Below are positions 59,765 through 64,000 of a stretch of DNA of 64,000 bases, piece by piece. The notes under the pieces are model-generated. The model was not told the DNA's origin and did not search any database. It worked only from the letters and a program-made list of their open reading frames with translations. The first letter of the stretch is position 1. The number at the start of each line of letters is the position of its first letter. Made by a program: the position numbers and the translations under genes. The stretch is from an uncultured Actinomycetota bacterium (GTDB lineage: Bacteria; Actinomycetota; Actinomycetes; Actinomycetales; CAWJMD01): NCBI GenBank assembly GCA_963843835.1, contig CAWJMD010000008.1:1036706-1100705 (forward strand), written 5' to 3'.

Positions 59765-61684
59765 TCAGTTCTCCTTCGAGACGCTGACGCGCCCGCCGTC
59801 GTGGTCTGTGTCGCCGTCCGCCGCGGGCGTCTCCTGCGCCGCCGCGGCCGCCTTGCGCTCGGCGATCGTCATGCGGCCCTTCTCGGCGGCCTCGGCGCGC
59901 TCCCCGGTGGTTCGCACGCGTCCGCGACCGGCGTAGGCGGCGGGGCGTCCCAGCTGCTCGGCGCTGAATCCCGACAGGCGGTGTCCTTCGCCGAAGAACC
60001 TCGTCCGGGCGAGGACCTGGAGCATCGGGTGGGTGAAGAGGAAGACCAGCACGAGGTCGATGACCGTCGTCAGGCCGAGCGTGAAGGCGAAGCCGCGGAC
60101 GCCGCCGACGGCCAGGAGGTAGAGGACCACCGCCGCGAGGAGGTTGATCGCGTCCGAGGCGATGATCGTGCGTCGCGCCCGCGCCCAGCCGGCCTCGACC
60201 GCGGCGACCAGCGTGCGCCCCTCGCGTACCTCGTCGCGGACGCGTTCGAAGTAGACGATGAACGAGTCGGCGGTGATACCGATGGCGACGATCAGGCCGG
60301 CGACGCCCGGCAGGCTCAGGCGGTACCCCTGTGTCCACGACAGCAGCGAGATGGTCAGGTAGGTCACCGTCGCGGCGATGAGCAGCGAGAACACGGTGAC
60401 CAGGCCCAGACCGCGGTACTGGATCAGCGAGTACAGGACGACCAGGGCCATCCCGATCAGGCCGGCGAGCAGTCCGCTCTGCAGCTGCTCGGAGCCCAGG
60501 AGCGCCGAGATCTGCGCCTCCGTCTGGACCTCGAACGAGATCGGCAGTGCGCCGAACTTCAGCTGGTTGGACAGCTTGGCGGCGGACGCCTGGGTGAAGT
60601 TCCCGGTGATCTCCGCGTTGCCGTCGGTGATCACGGCGTTGGTCCGAGGCGCTGACACGACGAGGCCGTCGAGCACGATCGCGAACTGGTTCTGCGGCGG
60701 CTGCAGGCTGATCAGGCGCTCTGTCACCGCGCGGAACTGGGCGGCCCCCTCGCTGTCGAACTCGAGCTGGACACCCCACTCACCCGTCGTCGCACCCTGG
60801 CTGTTGCGCACCAGCCCGGACGTGGCTCCCGCGATGCGGGAGCCCTCGACCTCGACCGGCCCGAGGATGTACTTGGCGGCGCCGTCCTGCGAGCAGGTGA
60901 CGAGCAGCTTGTCGGCGGCGTCCTGGGACGCACCGACGAGGTTCGCCGGGTCGGTGCAGTCGAGCGCCGTGAACTCCGCCGCGACGTCCTCGGTGATCTG
61001 CGACAGGTCCGAGGGGTCGGTGGCGGTGGGGCCCGGCGTCGCCGGGGTGCTGGCGGACGGGTCCGGGGTCGCCGGAGTGGTCGCCGCGGGGGCCGTGGTG
61101 GCCGCTGTGCCGCCCGCGAAGATGCGGGGCACCGCACGCCCGTCGGTGCTGGTCGTGGCCGAGGGCTCCGGGGTGCCGGCGCCGTCGGTCGCGGAGCCGC
61201 CGGGTGCCGTCGTCGCGCCGTCCGTGGGGGTGGCGCCGTCGGTCGGCGTGGCTCCCTCGGTGGGCTGCCCCGCGTCCGGCGGGAGCGCGGCCGCCTGCTC
61301 GACCAGCACCGGCCGGAACCGCATCTGCGCCGACTGGCTGACCAGCTCGCGCGCCTGTCGCTGGTCCTCGGGGTCACCGGGCAGGTCGACGAGGATGTTC
61401 CGTCCGCCCTGGCTGCTCACCTCGGCTTCGGAGACGCCGCTGGAGTTCACGCGCTGGCGGATGATCGCGATCGCGTCGTCGATGATCTGCTGGTCGACGC
61501 GCGCCCCGGCCTCGTCGGGTCGCGGCTCCAGGATGATCTGGGTGCCGCCGGCCAGGTCGAGCGCCAGGTTGGGCGTCCACGACGCCGACCCCCACTGGAC
61601 GCCGGCACCGAGGGCGCCGGCCATCGCCGCGAGCAGCACGACGAGGGTCAGCAGAGGACGCTTGGAACGGGTGGAACCAGCCAC
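59765..61684 (-). CDS. secD: Protein translocase subunit SecD
   Basis: 639 aa with a GTG start: ...LALDLAGGTQIIL...GIGITADSFIVYFERVRDE.... Thr/Pro-rich insertion in the periplasmic-type domain. Confidence 0.93.
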   Translation of the reverse strand: MAGSTRSKRPLLTLVVLLAAMAGALGAGVQWGSASWTPNLALDLAGGTQIILEPRPDEAGARVDQQIIDDAIAIIRQRVNSSGVSEAEVSSQGGRNILVDLPGDPEDQRQARELVSQSAQMRFRPVLVEQAAALPPDAGQPTEGATPTDGATPTDGATTAPGGSATDGAGTPEPSATTSTDGRAVPRIFAGGTAATTAPAATTPATPDPSASTPATPGPTATDPSDLSQITEDVAAEFTALDCTDPANLVGASQDAADKLLVTCSQDGAAKYILGPVEVEGSRIAGATSGLVRNSQGATTGEWGVQLEFDSEGAAQFRAVTERLISLQPPQNQFAIVLDGLVVSAPRTNAVITDGNAEITGNFTQASAAKLSNQLKFGALPISFEVQTEAQISALLGSEQLQSGLLAGLIGMALVVLYSLIQYRGLGLVTVFSLLIAATVTYLTISLLSWTQGYRLSLPGVAGLIVAIGITADSFIVYFERVRDEVREGRTLVAAVEAGWARARRTIIASDAINLLAAVVLYLLAVGGVRGFAFTLGLTTVIDLVLVFLFTHPMLQVLARTRFFGEGHRLSGFSAEQLGRPAAYAGRGRVRTTGERAEAAEKGRMTIAERKAAAAAQETPAADGDTDHDGGRVSVSKEN

Positions 61685-61731
61685 GGAAGGGGTCTCTTCT
61701 CGGATCGGTGCGGACGGCCGGGTGGGGCGCG

Positions 61732-62100
61732 TCAGCTCTTGCTGAGGTCGGGTCCGCCGTCACGCCTGTCGCCGGGCGCGTCGTCAGCCGCGGCGGTGTC
61801 GGGCGAGGTCGCCGTGTCGGACGGAGGCTCGAGGCCGAGGTCGTCGTGGACCGGATCGCCGCTGACGATCTTCCCGACCGCTGCCTTGTTCCAGCGGAGC
61901 CGCACTCCCGGTGCGACCTCGAGGACCATCTGGTCGTCGAGCACCTCGACGACCTCGCCGTACAGGCCGGCCGTGGTCATCACGGTCTGCCCGACGGCGA
62001 GCCGCGACTGCTGCTCGGCGAACGCGCGCTGCCGCTTGCGCTGCTGGTAGATCAGCAGGCCGAGCGGCACGAGGATGATGAGCGGGAGAAGCAGGTCCAC
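61732..62100 (-). CDS. yajC: Preprotein translocase accessory subunit YajC
   Basis: 122 aa from the GTG at 62100 (GGAAGGAA upstream): VDLLLPLIILVPLGLLIYQQRKRQRAFAEQQSRLAVGQTVMTTAGLYGEVVEV.... Confidence 0.85.
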   Translation of the reverse strand: MDLLLPLIILVPLGLLIYQQRKRQRAFAEQQSRLAVGQTVMTTAGLYGEVVEVLDDQMVLEVAPGVRLRWNKAAVGKIVSGDPVHDDLGLEPPSDTATSPDTAAADDAPGDRRDGGPDLSKS

Positions 62101-62219
62101 TGCGAGTTCACGTTCCTTCCGCAGCGCCGTCGGCGTCTGCTCGGTCTGCCGAGGCCGGGGACGTCCGGACGGCATCAGGCCGGGGACCACCGTCTCGGCG
62201 GCATGTCCCAGCCCCGCGG

Positions 62220-62249
62220 AGTCTAGGCGAGGCGCCTGAGAGGGGACAA
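62220..62249 (-). promoter_or_regulatory. Candidate housekeeping-sigma promoter for yajC-secD-secF-apt
   Basis: Minus strand reads TTGTCC-(18 nt)-TAGACT, about 115 nt upstream of the yajC start, inside the 247-bp ruvB-yajC spacer. Sequence match only. Confidence 0.35.
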
Positions 62250-62310
62250 TCTTGGCGCCCGCGCGCCGCGCCGCGACCTGTGTCGGCCGGCCGGGCGCCG
62301 CGGGGCTGGG

Positions 62311-62365
62311 GGCGTCGAGGTGCGGGCTGAGGCGTCGAGGTGCGGGCTCAGGCGTCGAGGTCGAG
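62311..62365. repeat. 20-bp tandem direct repeat (2.75 units) spanning the ruvB stop codon
   Basis: ggcgtcgaggtgcgggctga | ggcgtcgaggtgcgggctca | ggcgtcgaggtcgag. The second and third units hold the ruvB stop and last codons. The units differ at the stop position (tca vs tga on the plus strand). Confidence 0.9.
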
Positions 62366-63493
62366 CCCGAGCTGCGCGGCCGCGCTCGTGGCCGGCGGGC
62401 GCAGCCCGATGTGCCGCCACCCTGCGGCAGTCGCCAGCCGGCCACGCGGCGTCCGGCCGATCAGTCCCTCGCGCACGAGGAAGGGCTCGGCCACGGTCTC
62501 GACCGTCTCCGGCTCCTCCCCCACGGCCACCGCGAGCGTCGACAGACCGACCGGGCCCCCACCGAAGCTGCGGCACAGGGCGGACAGGACGGACCGGTCC
62601 AGACGGTCCAGCCCCCGCTCGTCGACCTCGTACACCTCCAGCGCGGCCCGGGCGGACGCCAGGTCCACGACGCCGCTCCCCCTGACCTGGGCCCAGTCGC
62701 GCACGCGACGCAGCAGCCGGTTCGCCACTCGGGGCGTCCCGCGGGACCTCCCGGCGACCTCGCGCGCCCCCTCGGGGCTCAGGTCGACCTCGAGCAGCCG
62801 GGCCGACCGGACCAGCACGGTCTCGAGCTCGTCCGCCGAGTAGAAGTCGAGGTGGGCGGTGAACCCGAAGCGGTCGCGCAGGGGCGCAGGCAGCAGCCCG
62901 GCCCGGGTCGTGGCGCCGACCAGCGTGAAGGGGGGCAGCTCCAGCGGGATCGCCGTGGCGCCCGGCCCCTTGCCGACGACGACGTCGACCCGGAAGTCCT
63001 CCATCGCCATGTAGAGCATCTCCTCGGCGGGCCGGGCCATCCGGTGGATCTCGTCGAGGAAGAGGACCTCGCCCTCCTCCAGAGACGACAGGAGCGCCGC
63101 GAGGTCTCCCGCGTGCTGGATCGCGGGGCCGGACGTGATCCGCAGCGGCGAGCCGAGCTCGGCCGCCACGATCATCGCGAGCGTGGTCTTGCCGAGCCCG
63201 GGGGGCCCGGACAGCAGCACGTGGTCGGGCACGGCGGCGCGGGCGGTCGCCGCCTGCAGCACGAGCGAGAGCTGGTCGCGCACGACCGCCTGGCCGACGA
63301 ACTCGTCCAGGCGACGGGGCCGCAGGGCCGCCTCGGCCGCCCGCTCGATGTGGTCGGCGCCGGGCGCGACCACCCGGGTGCCGAGGTCGGGCTCGTCATC
63401 GTCCGGGTAGTCCTCGAACGAATCCTCGCGGTCGGCGGCGTGGGGCAGGTCCACCTCGGTCGAGCCGTCCTCGTGCCTGGTCACTGCACTCAC
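62348..63493 (-). CDS. ruvB: Holliday junction branch-migration ATPase RuvB
   Basis: 381 aa from the GTG at 63493 (GAGGAGGG 8 nt upstream): ...[12 protein letters not shown]...[14 protein letters not shown]...VLFLDEIHR.... The listed ATG at 63568 would overlap ruvA by 32 nt. Confidence 0.92.
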   Translation of the reverse strand: MSAVTRHEDGSTEVDLPHAADREDSFEDYPDDDEPDLGTRVVAPGADHIERAAEAALRPRRLDEFVGQAVVRDQLSLVLQAATARAAVPDHVLLSGPPGLGKTTLAMIVAAELGSPLRITSGPAIQHAGDLAALLSSLEEGEVLFLDEIHRMARPAEEMLYMAMEDFRVDVVVGKGPGATAIPLELPPFTLVGATTRAGLLPAPLRDRFGFTAHLDFYSADELETVLVRSARLLEVDLSPEGAREVAGRSRGTPRVANRLLRRVRDWAQVRGSGVVDLASARAALEVYEVDERGLDRLDRSVLSALCRSFGGGPVGLSTLAVAVGEEPETVETVAEPFLVREGLIGRTPRGRLATAAGWRHIGLRPPATSAAAQLGLDLDA

Positions 63494-63536
63494 CGTGCCG
63501 CCCTCCTCGTCCGTCCGGTGGACCTCGCGCGGCGCA

Positions 63537-64000
63537 TCAGCCGCGGCCCAGCTGCCGGAGCGCGGCACGCAGGAGCGTCGCCACGTCGGCGTCCGGCTGG
63601 TCCTCGGTGACGACCGCCACCGCGGACTCCGCCTGCTTGGTGTTCCACCCGAGGCCCATCAGCGCCTGGACCACCTCGGGGGAGCCGCCGGCCGGAGTCG
63701 TCCCGCTGGGCGCCGACGTCGCCGATGTGCGACCGGGGCCGAGCCGGTCGGACAGGTCGAGCACGATGCGCTGAGCGCCCTTGCGCCCGATCCCCGGCAC
63801 CCGGCACAGGGCCGTCAGGTCCTCGTCGGCGACGGCGCGGCGCAGGCCGTCCGGGCTGTGCACCGCGAGCATGGCCAGGGCGAGCCGCGGGCCGATCCCC
63901 GAGACTGTCTGGACCGTCTCGAAGACGTCGCGCTCGTCGGCGTCACCGAAGCCGAAGAGGGTCAGGGAGTCCTCCCTGACGACCAGGCTGGTGGCGAGCT
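63537..64000 (-). CDS. ruvA: Holliday junction DNA helicase RuvA, C-terminal ~154 aa (N-terminus beyond window end)
   Basis: Own translation upstream of the listed ORF stays open to the window edge: ...[56 protein letters not shown]...[16 protein letters not shown].... Confidence 0.9.
   Translation of the reverse strand, partial: LATSLVVREDSLTLFGFGDADERDVFETVQTVSGIGPRLALAMLAVHSPDGLRRAVADEDLTALCRVPGIGRKGAQRIVLDLSDRLGPGRTSATSAPSGTTPAGGSPEVVQALMGLGWNTKQAESAVAVVTEDQPDADVATLLRAALRQLGRG

Noticed and set aside
62311-62365. The 20-bp direct repeats as a mini CRISPR array or iteron
   Set aside because: The units are directly abutting with no spacers. There are only 2.75 copies, and they are copies of the ruvB 3' end.

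Overview
High-GC, Actinomycetota-type chromosomal segment. It is almost entirely coding and nearly all genes lie on the minus strand.

Backbone: the conserved actinobacterial housekeeping block coaBC-rpoZ-gmk-mihF | pyrF-pyrD-pyrK-carB-carA-(membrane protein)-pyrC-pyrB-pyrR | bldD | nusB-efp | aroQ-aroB-aroK-aroC | aroE-mltG-ruvX-alaS | rarA | aspS | hisS | PPIase-DUF349 | relA-apt-secF-secD-yajC-ruvB-ruvA. From memory, this is the same order found around bldD and relA in Streptomyces. Many junctions are 1-4 nt start/stop overlaps (ATGA/GTGA), which implies translational coupling.

Accessory blocks inserted into the backbone:
1. A secreted S8 protease plus an SDR oxidoreductase between mihF and pyrF.
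2. A 13.7-kb, 13-gene, secretin-less type IVa-like pilus locus between aroC and aroE: pilB-pilT-pilC, two pilin paralogs, three minor pilins including a 592-aa PilX-like protein, pilD, pilMNO, and a PilP-like protein with a collagen-type GXY stalk.
3. An MMPL transporter and an ABC-F ATPase.
4. A DinB-family gene, a TipA-like MerR regulator with a ptipA-like promoter, and an APH-family kinase translationally coupled to hisS.
5. An orphan AbiEi-like gene overlapping the relA 3' end.

Non-coding structure:
- A PyrR-binding, SD-sequestering hairpin ahead of pyrR.
- GC-rich terminator hairpins that partition the pilus locus.
- Three copies of a 56-75 bp palindromic extragenic repeat with compensatory arm changes.
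- A 20-bp tandem duplication across the ruvB stop codon.

No rRNA, tRNA, CRISPR array, transposase or integrase was recognised. Many long ORFs in the supplied track are antisense or alternative-frame artefacts of the high GC content.
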